This document shows, piece after piece, positions 1 to 9,711 of a DNA stretch of 64,000 nt. A program made the position numbers and the translations under genes. A model generated the notes under the pieces. That model saw nothing but the letters and a program-made list of their open reading frames with translations. It had not been told where the DNA came from and ran no database searches. Position 1 is the first letter of the stretch. Every line of letters begins with the position of its first letter. Source of the stretch: Candidatus Kapaibacterium sp. (GTDB taxonomy: Bacteria > Bacteroidota > Ignavibacteria > Kapaibacteriales > UBA2268); assembly GCA_963664875.1 (NCBI GenBank), contig OY761611.1:3360001-3424000 (forward strand). Direction: 5' to 3'.

Positions 1-4
1 ATAA

Positions 5-772
5 ATGAGACTAAAAGGTAAAACAGTAATCGTAACAGGGGCATCTGCCGGAATTGGTGAAGCATGTGCAATTGCTTTTGCAAAAGAAGGTGCAAGGTTA
101 ATCCTCACAGGAAGAAGAGAAGAAAGAATAAATGAATTGGCAGCAAAGCTAAAACAAGACTTCGGTACGGAAACATTAGCAATTGCGTTTGATGTCAGAA
201 ATATCGATGAAGTCAAAAAAGCAATGGCACTGCCAGAAGAATGGAACGATATAGATATCCTAATCAATAATGCAGGTCTAGCTCGCGGCACTGAAAAGAT
301 ACAGGAAGGAGTGATGCAGAATTGGGAAGAAATGATAGACACAAATGTGAAAGGCTTGCTTTACATGACACGTGAGATACTGCCGCGTATGGTAGCTCGT
401 GAATCAGGTATGATTATCAATATCGCCTCTATTGCCGGCAGACAGGTCTATCCGGGAGGCAACGTTTATTGTGCTTCTAAAGCAGCTGTAAAAGCTATTT
501 CACAAGGTATCGCTATAGATACTAATGGTACGAACGTTAGGGTGTGCAATATAGATCCGGGTCTGGTAGAAACAGAGTTCTCTGAAGTTAGGTTCCATGG
601 CGATAAAGAAAAAGCAGAGAATGTATATAAAGGCTTCGAACCGCTAAGAGGAGAAGACATCGCCGACATAGCACTATTTGCAGCTACCCGTCCGGCACAT
701 GTGATGATTCAGGATGTTCTAATCACGCCTACGGCACAGGCAAACGCAACCACAGTACACAAACAAATATAG
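5..772 (+). CDS. Short-chain dehydrogenase/reductase, YdfG-like NADP-dependent
   Basis: TGASAGIG Rossmann motif, NNAG, catalytic YCASK (YxxxK), and PGLVETEFS typical of the YdfG subfamily. Confidence 0.9.
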   Translation: MRLKGKTVIVTGASAGIGEACAIAFAKEGARLILTGRREERINELAAKLKQDFGTETLAIAFDVRNIDEVKKAMALPEEWNDIDILINNAGLARGTEKIQEGVMQNWEEMIDTNVKGLLYMTREILPRMVARESGMIINIASIAGRQVYPGGNVYCASKAAVKAISQGIAIDTNGTNVRVCNIDPGLVETEFSEVRFHGDKEKAENVYKGFEPLRGEDIADIALFAATRPAHVMIQDVLITPTAQANATTVHKQI

Positions 773-896
773 AAATCTTAACTTATTTCCCTTAGTGCAA
801 AAAAATCACAGAAAATTATCAATTTTAGAAAAAAAGTATTTGTAATATCGGGAAATAATCTTATTTTTGTGTCTCACAATTGAGATAGATTGTGCT

Positions 897-988
<92 letters not shown>

Positions 989-1002
989 GACAGGATAATA
1001 TG

Positions 1003-1040
1003 AACCCCATGCGATAAAAATAAATTGCATGGGGTTTTTT
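1003..1040 (+). terminator. Intrinsic terminator after the tRNA
   Basis: AACCCCATGCGAT...ATTGCATGGGGTT hairpin followed by a T-run. Confidence 0.7.
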
Positions 1041-1148
1041 AGTAGGTTTGGGATGTGTTGAAAAATTCTTTTTATCAGTTTTAGAATTTTGTTTATTTTT
1101 TTTATATATTTTGATTGAAAGCTTTTGATTTTAATACATACAATTTTT

Positions 1149-1580
1149 ATGGATAGACATACAAAAGAGCAACGATCGAAAAACATGAAAGCTGTAAAAA
1201 ATAAGGGCTCAAAGATTGAAACTATTTTATCCACAGAACTTTGGTCTAAAGGATACAGATATAGAAAGAATAATAAAAAAGTCTATGGCAAGCCTGATTT
1301 AACATTTGCAAAGTATAAAGTTGCAGTTTTTGTTGATGGTGAATTTTGGCATGGGAAAGATTGGGACTTAAAACGGAAAGAAATTAAATCAAATATAGCA
1401 TTTTGGCAAAAGAAAATAGAGAGCAATATTGAGCGAGATAAAGAAGTGAACCAATATTTGACAGAACATGGTTGGACTGTTCTCAGATTTTGGGGCAAAG
1501 ACATTCTAAAAAGCTTAGACAATTGCGTCAAAATAATTGAGGATGCAATAAATGCAAATAAAAGAAAAAATATCGATTGA
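1149..1580 (+). CDS. vsr: Very-short-patch repair endonuclease Vsr
   Basis: MDRHTKEQRSKNM start, GKPD, FVDGEFWHG, GWTVLRFW motifs. ATG at 1149 is preferred over the ORF-track TTG at 1125. Confidence 0.93.
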   Translation: MDRHTKEQRSKNMKAVKNKGSKIETILSTELWSKGYRYRKNNKKVYGKPDLTFAKYKVAVFVDGEFWHGKDWDLKRKEIKSNIAFWQKKIESNIERDKEVNQYLTEHGWTVLRFWGKDILKSLDNCVKIIEDAINANKRKNID

Positions 1581-2829
1581 AGAATTTGGCGATAAAAAGT
1601 TTAAAGTTCGTGTTTTCGAACCTGAAAACAATGGAGAGGCTGCATTAACCCATTATCTTCACAATCCAAATAATGGAGTTACAGAGAAGTTTAGACCAAG
1701 TGCTTTAAGATATGTCAAGAGTTTGTTAGAATATAAAAACTCTGACGAAAACATTGATATAAAAGCTGCTGAAGAAGCTTTGCAGTATTTACTGTTTGAA
1801 AGTGTTTCTACTTTTCCGTTTCCATCACCTGATGTACCTAAATTCAAGTTTATTGATTTGTTTGCAGGTATCGGTGGTTTTAGGATAGCTTTACAAAATT
1901 TGGGTGGTAAATGTGTTTTCTCCAGTGAGTGGGATGAAAAAGCTAAGATAACTTATAGGGCAAACTTTGGAGAAACTCCTTTTGGTGATATAACAAAAGC
2001 AGAAACCAAAAAATTCATACCTGATAATTTCGATGTATTGTGTGCAGGATTTCCATGCCAGGCTTTTTCTATTGCAGGACGCAGAGGAGGATTTGAAGAT
2101 ACAAGGGGAACCCTTTTCTTTGATGTAGCACAGATAATCAAAGATAAGCGCCCTAAAGCCTTTTTCTTGGAAAATGTAAAAGGGCTTGTTAATCATGACC
2201 GTGGTAAGACTCTAAATACGATATTAAATGTTCTACGAAACGATTTAGGTTACTTTGTACCTGCACCGAAGATTCAGAATGCAAAAGACTTTGGTGTTCC
2301 TCAGAACAGAGAAAGAATATTTATCGTAGGTTTTCGAAAAGATTTGGGAATAAATAACTTTTCTTATCCCGAGGCAACCGGTAAAGAAATATCATTTATG
2401 GATATTCGCGAAGAAGAACCTGTTTCGGTTAAATACTATCTTTCAGATACGTATCTTAGAACTTTAAGAAAACACAAAGAGAGACACGAAAGCAAGGGGA
2501 ATGGTTTTGGCTTTGAAATAATATCAAACGAAAGTATTGCAAATGCTGTCGTTTGTGGGGGTATGGGCAGAGAAAGAAACTTAGTATATGATGATAGACT
2601 AGAAGACTTCAAACCCGTTACTCACATTAAAGGTTGTGTTAACAGAGAATATATCAGAAAGATGACACCTAGAGAATGGGCTCGCTTACAAGGATTCCCC
2701 GATGAATTTATTATTCCTGTTTCAGATGCTTCAGCTTATAAACAATTTGGGAATTCTGTTGCAGTACCTGCAATTCAGGCTACTGCAGAGCAGATAATTA
2801 TGCGATTGAAATTTAATGAGGATATGTGA
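1552..2829 (+). CDS. hpaIIM: DNA (cytosine-5)-methyltransferase, M.HpaII-like (predicted CCGG)
   Basis: FIDLFAGIGG, GFPCQ, ENV, QNRERIF and YKQFGNSV motifs. The variable region (KHKERHESKGNGFG, GGMGRERNLV) closely matches M.HpaII as recalled. Confidence 0.92.
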   Translation: MQIKEKISIEEFGDKKFKVRVFEPENNGEAALTHYLHNPNNGVTEKFRPSALRYVKSLLEYKNSDENIDIKAAEEALQYLLFESVSTFPFPSPDVPKFKFIDLFAGIGGFRIALQNLGGKCVFSSEWDEKAKITYRANFGETPFGDITKAETKKFIPDNFDVLCAGFPCQAFSIAGRRGGFEDTRGTLFFDVAQIIKDKRPKAFFLENVKGLVNHDRGKTLNTILNVLRNDLGYFVPAPKIQNAKDFGVPQNRERIFIVGFRKDLGINNFSYPEATGKEISFMDIREEEPVSVKYYLSDTYLRTLRKHKERHESKGNGFGFEIISNESIANAVVCGGMGRERNLVYDDRLEDFKPVTHIKGCVNREYIRKMTPREWARLQGFPDEFIIPVSDASAYKQFGNSVAVPAIQATAEQIIMRLKFNEDM

Positions 2830-3911
2830 TGTTAGGAGGTAATATTGGTGAGTGGAGTGAAATATATGTACTATTTAAACTCTTGTCGGATAAGCAGCTT
2901 CAACTTGGAGATAAAGACTTAAATGCAATTCCCTCCATGTTATTCCCAATTTTGAAAATAATAAAAGATCAAGCTGATAAGAAACTAGAATTTTCTCTTT
3001 CAGATGATACAAATATTGTTTTACACTACAGTGGCAATAATATTTCTATTCCAATTGAAGCATTCAATGAGAATGCTTCATATTTACTCGAGCAACTAAT
3101 GACTACCGAGGATTATAGGAAAGGACTTCCTAAAATCCAAGAATTTTTAGATTTACTTAATATTACATCACTAAAGGCAAAATCTTCTCAAAAAACTGAT
3201 ATTATTATTCAACTTCATGATCGATTTACAGGTACGCAACCGGTATTAGGTTTTAGTATCAAATCACAGCTTGGTGGACGCTCAACTCTTCTTAATGCTA
3301 GCCAAGCTACAAATTTTGTGTTCCGATTTGCTTCTCATAACTTTAATAGTAGTAATATAGAACTGGTTAATAACATTGTTGGTGCCGGGAAGATCAGAAA
3401 ACGTCTTGCCACAGCTTTAGAATCAAATTCTGAGATTGAATTTGTAAGAGTTGATAATTCAACCTTTCAAAACAATCTAATACTTATAGACTGTTGCCTT
3501 CATGAGATTTTGGCTGAAATGTTACTTCTTTACTATAAAGATGGAATTTCAAAAGTTACTGATAACCTCGATAAACTTACTAAAATAAACCCTCTCAAAT
3601 TGGATTTGACTGAGAAACATCCTTTCTATGAATACAAAATCAAGCGATTTTTGACTGAAGTTGCTCTTGGCATGACTCCTACTCATATTTGGGAAGGTAC
3701 TCTGGATGCAACCGGTGGATACATTATAGTCAAAGAAGATGGTGAAATAGTCAGTTATCATGTTTACAAAAGAAATGAGTTTGAAGACTATTTGTTACAA
3801 AATACATCATTTGAAACAGCTTCATCGTCAAGAAATCAATTTGGTAAACTTTATTTAGAAGGTGCTGAAGCCGGAATTAAACTGAATCTACAGATTAGAT
3901 TTAACAAGTAG
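2829..3911 (+). CDS. hpaIIR: HpaII-family type II restriction endonuclease
   Basis: GNIGEWSEIY, LGFSIKSQLG, TLLNASQATNF, ALGMTP, DATGGYIIVKEDGEI and KLNLQIRF are hallmarks of the HpaII family. The start overlaps the MTase stop (TGATG). Confidence 0.88.
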   Translation: MLGGNIGEWSEIYVLFKLLSDKQLQLGDKDLNAIPSMLFPILKIIKDQADKKLEFSLSDDTNIVLHYSGNNISIPIEAFNENASYLLEQLMTTEDYRKGLPKIQEFLDLLNITSLKAKSSQKTDIIIQLHDRFTGTQPVLGFSIKSQLGGRSTLLNASQATNFVFRFASHNFNSSNIELVNNIVGAGKIRKRLATALESNSEIEFVRVDNSTFQNNLILIDCCLHEILAEMLLLYYKDGISKVTDNLDKLTKINPLKLDLTEKHPFYEYKIKRFLTEVALGMTPTHIWEGTLDATGGYIIVKEDGEIVSYHVYKRNEFEDYLLQNTSFETASSSRNQFGKLYLEGAEAGIKLNLQIRFNK

Positions 3912-4059
3912 TTACATATTCCTAAAACTCCGTCCCCAAAAAAAATTGACAGAAAAGGATGTAACGTTCTAAAATAAGTTGACAGATTCAATTATCAAAC
4001 TTTGCTCTGATAAACGAAAATACGTATTTAGTATTATTTATCAAAGGGGCATTATGCCC

Positions 4060-5379
4060 CTACTCCTCAAACCGCTCAGGCCACATCAGTTTCATTCTTT
4101 CCAAAAAGACTTTTTCTTTGCCGAATTCGCCCGGCACGTAATATTGTTTATACTTGATGCTGTCTGGGAAGTAATGCTCATGCACGAAGTGGAACGGGAA
4201 ATCATGCGGATATTGATAGCCTTTGCCGTAGCCTTCGTTTTTCATAAATTTTGTGGGGGCGTTGCGTAAGTGCATTGGCACAGTTACGTCTGCTCCTTTT
4301 TTGATGTCTGCCATTGCCTGATTGATGCCCATATAAGCAGCATTCGATTTCGGGCAAGCTGCTAAGTAGGTAACAGCCTGTGCAAGATTTATCCTGCATT
4401 CCGGCATACCTATAACTTCTACTGCTTTGAATGTGGAAACTGCAAGTGTTATCGCATAAGTGTCGGCATTCCCTATATCCTCGGATGCAAAAATTATAAG
4501 TCGGCGAGCGATAAACTTCGGATCTTCGCCTGCTTCCAACATTTTGGCTAACCAGAAAATTGCTGCGTCAGGGTCGGAACCACGCATCGACTTAATAAAA
4601 GCAGAAATTGTGTCGTAATGCTCTTCGCCTTTTTTATCATATATAGTAGTCTTCTGCTGCAATGCTTTTAAGAAAAGCGCCTTTGTCAGAAGAGTTTTAC
4701 CGTCTTTCTTTTCGGCTAGTTTGAAAGCCAGCTCGATTGCATTTAGCACCGTGCGGGCATCGCCACCTGAAATATCCACCAAAAAGTCTTTGTCTTCAAC
4801 TTCTGTGTTTGCTTCTTTTAGTATTTCGTCTTTTTCGAGAGCGTGGTCTATTAAGGCACTAACCTGCTCATCTGTCAAACTTTGCAGGCGATAAACCTGA
4901 CAGCGACTAAGCAAAGCCGAATTTACCTCAAATGACGGATTTTCGGTAGTAGCGCCAATTAATATAATAATACCGTTTTCAACAGCATGAAGCAAAGCGT
5001 CCTGCTGCGATTTATTAAAGCGGTGAATCTCATCTATAAAAAGTAGTGTTCGCTTGCCGGATCTAAGTCTCTGGCTCGCTTTCTGGATTACCTCACGCAC
5101 ATCTTTTACTCCGGCTTCCACAGCGGAAAGTCGCACAAAATCAGTATCGGCATACTCTGCTATAAGCAAAGCCAAAGTTGTTTTGCCGGTGCCGGGAGGG
5201 CCCCAAAAGATAATAGAGTGGAACTGCTTACGTTTCACAAAAACACGAAGCGGAGCGCCATCGCCCACAAGATGCTCCTGCCCGAAGATTTCATCTATAG
5301 TTCTCGGTCTGATTCTTTCAGCGAGCGGCTGAAAAGCCTTATTACGCGTTTGCTCTGATGTAGGGAATAGCTCATTCAT
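4060..5379 (-). CDS. rarA: Replication-associated recombination protein A (RarA/MgsA AAA+ ATPase)
   Basis: PLAERIRP, GPPGTGKTT, FIDEIHRFNKSQQD, GATTENPSF, SAFIKSMRGSDPDAA. Confidence 0.96.
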   Translation of the reverse strand: MNELFPTSEQTRNKAFQPLAERIRPRTIDEIFGQEHLVGDGAPLRVFVKRKQFHSIIFWGPPGTGKTTLALLIAEYADTDFVRLSAVEAGVKDVREVIQKASQRLRSGKRTLLFIDEIHRFNKSQQDALLHAVENGIIILIGATTENPSFEVNSALLSRCQVYRLQSLTDEQVSALIDHALEKDEILKEANTEVEDKDFLVDISGGDARTVLNAIELAFKLAEKKDGKTLLTKALFLKALQQKTTIYDKKGEEHYDTISAFIKSMRGSDPDAAIFWLAKMLEAGEDPKFIARRLIIFASEDIGNADTYAITLAVSTFKAVEVIGMPECRINLAQAVTYLAACPKSNAAYMGINQAMADIKKGADVTVPMHLRNAPTKFMKNEGYGKGYQYPHDFPFHFVHEHYFPDSIKYKQYYVPGEFGKEKVFLERMKLMWPERFEE

Positions 5380-5468
5380 GTTACACCTATAGAAATATTC
5401 TTTTTCTTTAGGTATATAAAAAACTGTGCCATAAAAGGGAGGTTGTTGTTTGCTGTATATATGCTCCG

Positions 5469-6152
5469 TTAGTCCGGTTGATTTAAAAACTCTTCGTTTA
5501 TTTTATTAGTTAATATTTTCAGATGTTCAAGTGGAAATGGGGAGTTAAAAACTGTATCAACAGAATAAAACATTTCCACGTTCCTACTAGGACTTCCAGT
5601 GAAACCCAAAAAACCATAATCTTGAATATAGAAAGCAAATGAACCCCATATTATCCAATCTTTTCTTTTACTATCTTCGCTATACTTAAGGTTCTCATTA
5701 AAAACATAAACTGAAACGGTATACTTTTTTGTTGCAATATTGAAATCCAAATCTTTGTAGAATCTTATTGTAAAGGGTAAGTATGGTTCGTTGATTTGTA
5801 TCATAGTCAAATATTTTTCTATATCAGCATTGGTATATGAGAAATCGGAAGTATAAATTACTGTGTCTAGTAATTTAGATTTATTGAGATTAAACACAGG
5901 TAAAGAATCATATTTTTTTAGATTAGTAATACCCTGATTTATTATGTATCTGAAATTATCTCCATATATTGACCTATCATCTCCATGATGTCTATAATTC
6001 ATACCATATAAATCAGAATCAATTCTTTCAATGTAAATGAAAGCATCAGTATTAAACTCTTCATTATATCTAAAAGTAGTACCAAGATCACGTTCTACAT
6101 TAGAGCAACCAGCCAAAATAAGAATCACGACATACTTATAAACTATTTTCAT
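5469..6152 (-). CDS. Hypothetical lipoprotein, paralog of 6403..7074, possible orphan immunity protein
   Basis: Lipobox LAGC. Shares YDSxPVxNLNK..LDTV, YxPFT, YxVSVYxFN and YIxDYG with the neighbouring gene. Confidence 0.7.
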   Translation of the reverse strand: MKIVYKYVVILILAGCSNVERDLGTTFRYNEEFNTDAFIYIERIDSDLYGMNYRHHGDDRSIYGDNFRYIINQGITNLKKYDSLPVFNLNKSKLLDTVIYTSDFSYTNADIEKYLTMIQINEPYLPFTIRFYKDLDFNIATKKYTVSVYVFNENLKYSEDSKRKDWIIWGSFAFYIQDYGFLGFTGSPSRNVEMFYSVDTVFNSPFPLEHLKILTNKINEEFLNQPD

Positions 6153-6173
6153 AAAAAAACTGATTCCCGATTA

Positions 6174-6311
6174 TTATCTATTCTTTTTAACAGCTTGTTT
6201 TATAGCTCGTGATTCTTTAGCTCTTTCACTTCGATCTATATTGTAGTATTTCTTGTCTGGATCTAGATCTCTGTCTTTTTTAACATTCAAGTTTGTCACC
6301 AAATCTATCAT
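6174..6311 (-). pseudogene. 45-codon ORF, possible toxin C-terminal remnant
   Basis: Manual translation MIDLVTNLNVKKDRDLDPDKKYYNIDRSERAKESRAIKQAVKKNR; ends 21 nt before the lipoprotein start. Confidence 0.3.
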
Positions 6312-6402
6312 AGTTTACACTACCTGACGTTCGTCTGACTCGATTAGAAAATAACTGTGCCATAAAAGAAAATATTAATGACAAATAAAACTATAAATCG
6401 CA

Positions 6403-7074
6403 TTAGTTTATAGAATCCTCTTCGATTAACTTCTCTCTCAATGTATTCAAATCTTCTAATGAAATTGAGGAATGTTCCACTTTGTAAATTGGTGAAGACA
6501 AGTCTACTGAAATAATACCATAGTCTTCTATATAGTAAGCACGTGAGGGTAATAGACCATCTCCGGCAAAATATCTAAATTTTACATTAGTGTTAAAATC
6601 GTACACTGACACACAGTATTTATGACCATTTATTACAATATTCAAATCTCTCAAATACTTCACAGTAAAAGGAACATAAGGATAAAAATATTGAACAGTT
6701 TTCAAGAAAAAATCGTATGTGCTATCTTTGATTGAAGATTCTATTTCTAAATAGTTCACTGTATCAAGTTGTTTTTTTTTATTAAGGTTCAATACCGGAA
6801 TTGAGTCATATACCGAAAGATTGTTACTTTTTTGATTTATGAAAAGTTTCCACTCTGCAGGTCTATATGGTTCTGATTGAGAATATCCCATTTTGTGATT
6901 ATAAATCACTAGTTTATAAACTCCTTCTTCCAAAAATTCCATAGTTGACGAAAAATCTACTGTTTTCCCATTTAAATAATCAATCTTCAAAATTTTTCTA
7001 TGAGGTTTGGCACACCCATATGTTGATATTAAAATCAGTACTATGCTAAACAAAAGAGATCTTATTTTGCTCAC
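6403..7074 (-). CDS. Hypothetical lipoprotein, paralog of 5469..6152
   Basis: Signal peptide with TYGC lipobox; motifs shared with 5469..6152. Confidence 0.7.
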   Translation of the reverse strand: MSKIRSLLFSIVLILISTYGCAKPHRKILKIDYLNGKTVDFSSTMEFLEEGVYKLVIYNHKMGYSQSEPYRPAEWKLFINQKSNNLSVYDSIPVLNLNKKKQLDTVNYLEIESSIKDSTYDFFLKTVQYFYPYVPFTVKYLRDLNIVINGHKYCVSVYDFNTNVKFRYFAGDGLLPSRAYYIEDYGIISVDLSSPIYKVEHSSISLEDLNTLREKLIEEDSIN

Positions 7075-7268
7075 TTAGAATTCCTATTTATAACTGATCT
7101 AATACTATTATTTTTTAATCTATCATATTGTTTCCCAATTTTAGCACTTTCACCATTCGGATCTTCAGACTTATAAATCTTATCCCATCGTCTCCCAGGA
7201 ACAGGGTACAAATAATCGACATGTGCTGAACCAAGTATTCCGACCATAAAAACATCTTTTTTATCCAT
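7071..7268 (-). pseudogene. 65-codon ORF overlapping the next start, possible toxin C-terminal remnant
   Basis: Its stop overlaps the GTG start of the 6403..7074 lipoprotein, as in toxin-immunity pairs. Confidence 0.35.
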
Positions 7269-7283
7269 ATCTAGTTCTAAATC

Positions 7284-7727
7284 CTAAAACACATATCGAT
7301 ACTTTTGTTTAGGAGCAAAGAGTTTATACAAAAATATTTGATTTGGTTTCTTTGAATCCGAAAATTTAACCTGCAAAGGTTTTTCTTTAGCATACATCAA
7401 ATCATCTGTAAAGTTGGGGTCGTAAAATAATCTTTCTATATTTGCATTTTCAGTCACTACGTAGTCATAATTATCTAAATCCATATTTTTCAGAATATTA
7501 GACATTATTGTCTTTTCGTATCCATGTTTATCACTTATAATTTCAAATTGCTCTTTATCGTAAACAATCCAATATGCTTTTACATCTTTAGCGTGAACTG
7601 AAGCAGAATCTTCAAGCTTGTATGATTTGATTAAATCAAATTCTACTTCATTGATTTCTTGCCTGCAAGCGCTAACTAATACAATACAAACAGATAGCAA
7701 TACTATCTGTAGAGAGTTTAGAGACAT
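7284..7727 (-). CDS. Hypothetical lipoprotein
   Basis: Hydrophobic N-terminus with VSAC lipobox; 147 aa. Confidence 0.7.
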   Translation of the reverse strand: MSLNSLQIVLLSVCIVLVSACRQEINEVEFDLIKSYKLEDSASVHAKDVKAYWIVYDKEQFEIISDKHGYEKTIMSNILKNMDLDNYDYVVTENANIERLFYDPNFTDDLMYAKEKPLQVKFSDSKKPNQIFLYKLFAPKQKYRYVF

Positions 7728-7858
7728 GGTATTTCCAAATTTTTGACAGCCAACCTAATATACAAATATTTTCTGCCATAAAACAAAGCAAATGAAAAAA
7801 CTATTTTGTAAATTATAATAAAGCAGATAATTATTCTAATTATCAATGGGAATTTTGG

Positions 7859-8305
7859 ATGATTCGATACACATACTTAATACTGCTTCTGCTGATGGCG
7901 GGTTGTCTTGCTAAACCAAAACAACCTGAGTTAGTAAAAGAAGAGCTTGAGTTGTTCGAATATATAAAAAAAGAATCGGGATCAACTTGGGTAAGGCGAG
8001 AACTATATCCCATTTGTGCAGACGAGGATAATAAGTTGTTTAAAGATCCAGAGTATAGTTTATACATACACCTTTCCTGTGATAAGTTAAAAGATGAAGA
8101 TAAATTGGCAAATTTTACTAAACAAATAGCCCCAAAAATAGAATTCCTTATTTTTTCTCCTGATTTTAAATATAATTACAGACAGCAATGGAATTTTATG
8201 AGTGTTACATATTTTTGTTATCCTACAATCGGTTTAACAAAGGCAGTGTCTTTTGAAATAAAGAACGGGAAAGTTTATCGAGGCGATATTCTTGTAAAGG
8301 ACTGA
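7859..8305 (+). CDS. Tandem lipoprotein, copy 1
   Basis: MAGC lipobox; near-identical to the three following ORFs. Confidence 0.8.
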   Translation: MIRYTYLILLLLMAGCLAKPKQPELVKEELELFEYIKKESGSTWVRRELYPICADEDNKLFKDPEYSLYIHLSCDKLKDEDKLANFTKQIAPKIEFLIFSPDFKYNYRQQWNFMSVTYFCYPTIGLTKAVSFEIKNGKVYRGDILVKD

Positions 8306-8309
8306 GCAA

Positions 8310-8762
8310 ATGAAGATGATTCGATACACATACTTAATACTGCTTATGCTGATGGTGGGTTGTCTTGCTAAACCAAAACAACCTGAGTTAGTAAAAGAAG
8401 AGCTTGAGTTGTTTGAATATATAAAAAAAGAATCGGGATCAACTTGGGTAGAGCGTGAACTTTACCCCATTTGTGCCGACGAGGATAATGAGCTATTTAA
8501 AAATCCTATGTATAGTTTAGATATACACCTTTCCTGTGATAAGTTAAAAGATGAAGATAAATTGGCAAATTTTACTAAACAAATAGCCCCAAAAATAGAA
8601 TTCCTTATCTTTTCTCCTGATTTTAAATATAATTACAGACAGCAATGGGATTTAGTTATTGTTTCATATTGGTGTTATCCTACAATCGGTTTAACAAAGG
8701 CAGTGTCTTTTGAAATAAAGAACAGGAAAGTTTATCGTGGCGATATTCTGGTAAAGGACTAA
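8310..8762 (+). CDS. Tandem lipoprotein, copy 2 (patch-divergent)
   Basis: MVGC lipobox; divergent blocks ERELY..NELFKNPMYSLD and WDLVIVSYW. Confidence 0.8.
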   Translation: MKMIRYTYLILLMLMVGCLAKPKQPELVKEELELFEYIKKESGSTWVERELYPICADEDNELFKNPMYSLDIHLSCDKLKDEDKLANFTKQIAPKIEFLIFSPDFKYNYRQQWDLVIVSYWCYPTIGLTKAVSFEIKNRKVYRGDILVKD

Positions 8763-8766
8763 GCAA

Positions 8767-9219
8767 ATGAAGATGATTCGATACACATACTTAATATTGC
8801 TTATGCTTATGGTGGGTTGTCTTGCTAAACCAAAACAACCTGAGTTAGTAAAAGAAGAGCTTGAGTTGTTTGAATATATAAAAAAAGAATCGGGATCAAC
8901 TTGGGTAAGGCGAGAACTATATCCCATTTGTGCAGACGAGGATAATAAGTTGTTTAAAGATCCAGAGTATAGTTTATACATACACCTTTCCTGTGATAAG
9001 TTAAAAGATGAAGATAAATTGGCAAATTTTACTAAACAAATAGCCCCAAAAATAGAATTCCTTATTTTTTCTCCTGATTTTAAATATAATTACAGACAGC
9101 AATGGAATTTTATTAGTGTTACATATTTTTGTTATCCTACAATCGGTTTAACAAAGTCAGTGTCTTTTGAAATAAAGAACGGGAAAGTTTATCGAGGCGA
9201 TATTCTTGTAAAGGACTGA
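8767..9219 (+). CDS. Tandem lipoprotein, copy 3
   Basis: Near-identical to copies 1 and 4. Confidence 0.8.
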   Translation: MKMIRYTYLILLMLMVGCLAKPKQPELVKEELELFEYIKKESGSTWVRRELYPICADEDNKLFKDPEYSLYIHLSCDKLKDEDKLANFTKQIAPKIEFLIFSPDFKYNYRQQWNFISVTYFCYPTIGLTKSVSFEIKNGKVYRGDILVKD

Positions 9220-9224
9220 AGCAA

Positions 9225-9677
9225 ATGAAAATGATTCGATACACATACTTAGTACTGCTTCTGCTGATGGTGGGTTGTCTTGCAAAGCCACAACAACCTG
9301 AGTTAGTAAAAGAAGAGCTTGAGTTGTTTGAATATATCAAAAAAGAATCGGGATCAACTTGGGTAAGGCGAGAACTATATCCCATTTGTGCAGACGAGGA
9401 TAATAAGTTGTTTAAAGATCCAGAGTATAGTTTATACATACACCTTTCCTGTGATAAGTTAAAAGATGAAGATAAATTGGCAAATTTCACTAAACAAATA
9501 GCCCCAAAAATCGAATTGCTTATTTTTTCTCCTGATTTTAAATATAATTACAGACAGCAATGGAATTTTATTAGTGTTACATATTTTTGTTATCCTACAA
9601 TCGGTTTAACAAAGTCAGTGTCTTTTGAAATAAAGAACGGGAAAGTTTATCGAGGCGATATTCTTGTAAAGGACTGA
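9225..9677 (+). CDS. Tandem lipoprotein, copy 4
   Basis: Near-identical to copies 1 and 3. Confidence 0.8.
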   Translation: MKMIRYTYLVLLLLMVGCLAKPQQPELVKEELELFEYIKKESGSTWVRRELYPICADEDNKLFKDPEYSLYIHLSCDKLKDEDKLANFTKQIAPKIELLIFSPDFKYNYRQQWNFISVTYFCYPTIGLTKSVSFEIKNGKVYRGDILVKD

Positions 9678-9711
9678 AGCCCCTTTTTCAGTGAGTCTGT
9701 CTCTTGAACAA

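Larger units (their letters stand above)
7858..9680 (+). repeat. 4x tandem direct repeat, unit 457-458 bp
   Basis: ATGATTCGATACACATAC recurs at 7859, 8316, 8773 and 9231. Confidence 0.97.

Noticed and set aside
3912-4060. attR copy of the tRNA-Ser 3' end
   Set aside because: Only a weak CTCCG match; no convincing direct repeat
5422-6368. TGGCAC motifs as canonical sigma54 promoters
   Set aside because: The -12 element is absent (TTTA and TTTT at that position); kept only as a repeated junction motif
7858-9680. Diversity-generating retroelement (TR/VR) explanation for the variable copy
   Set aside because: Differences are not adenine-specific, many are synonymous, and no reverse transcriptase is present in the window
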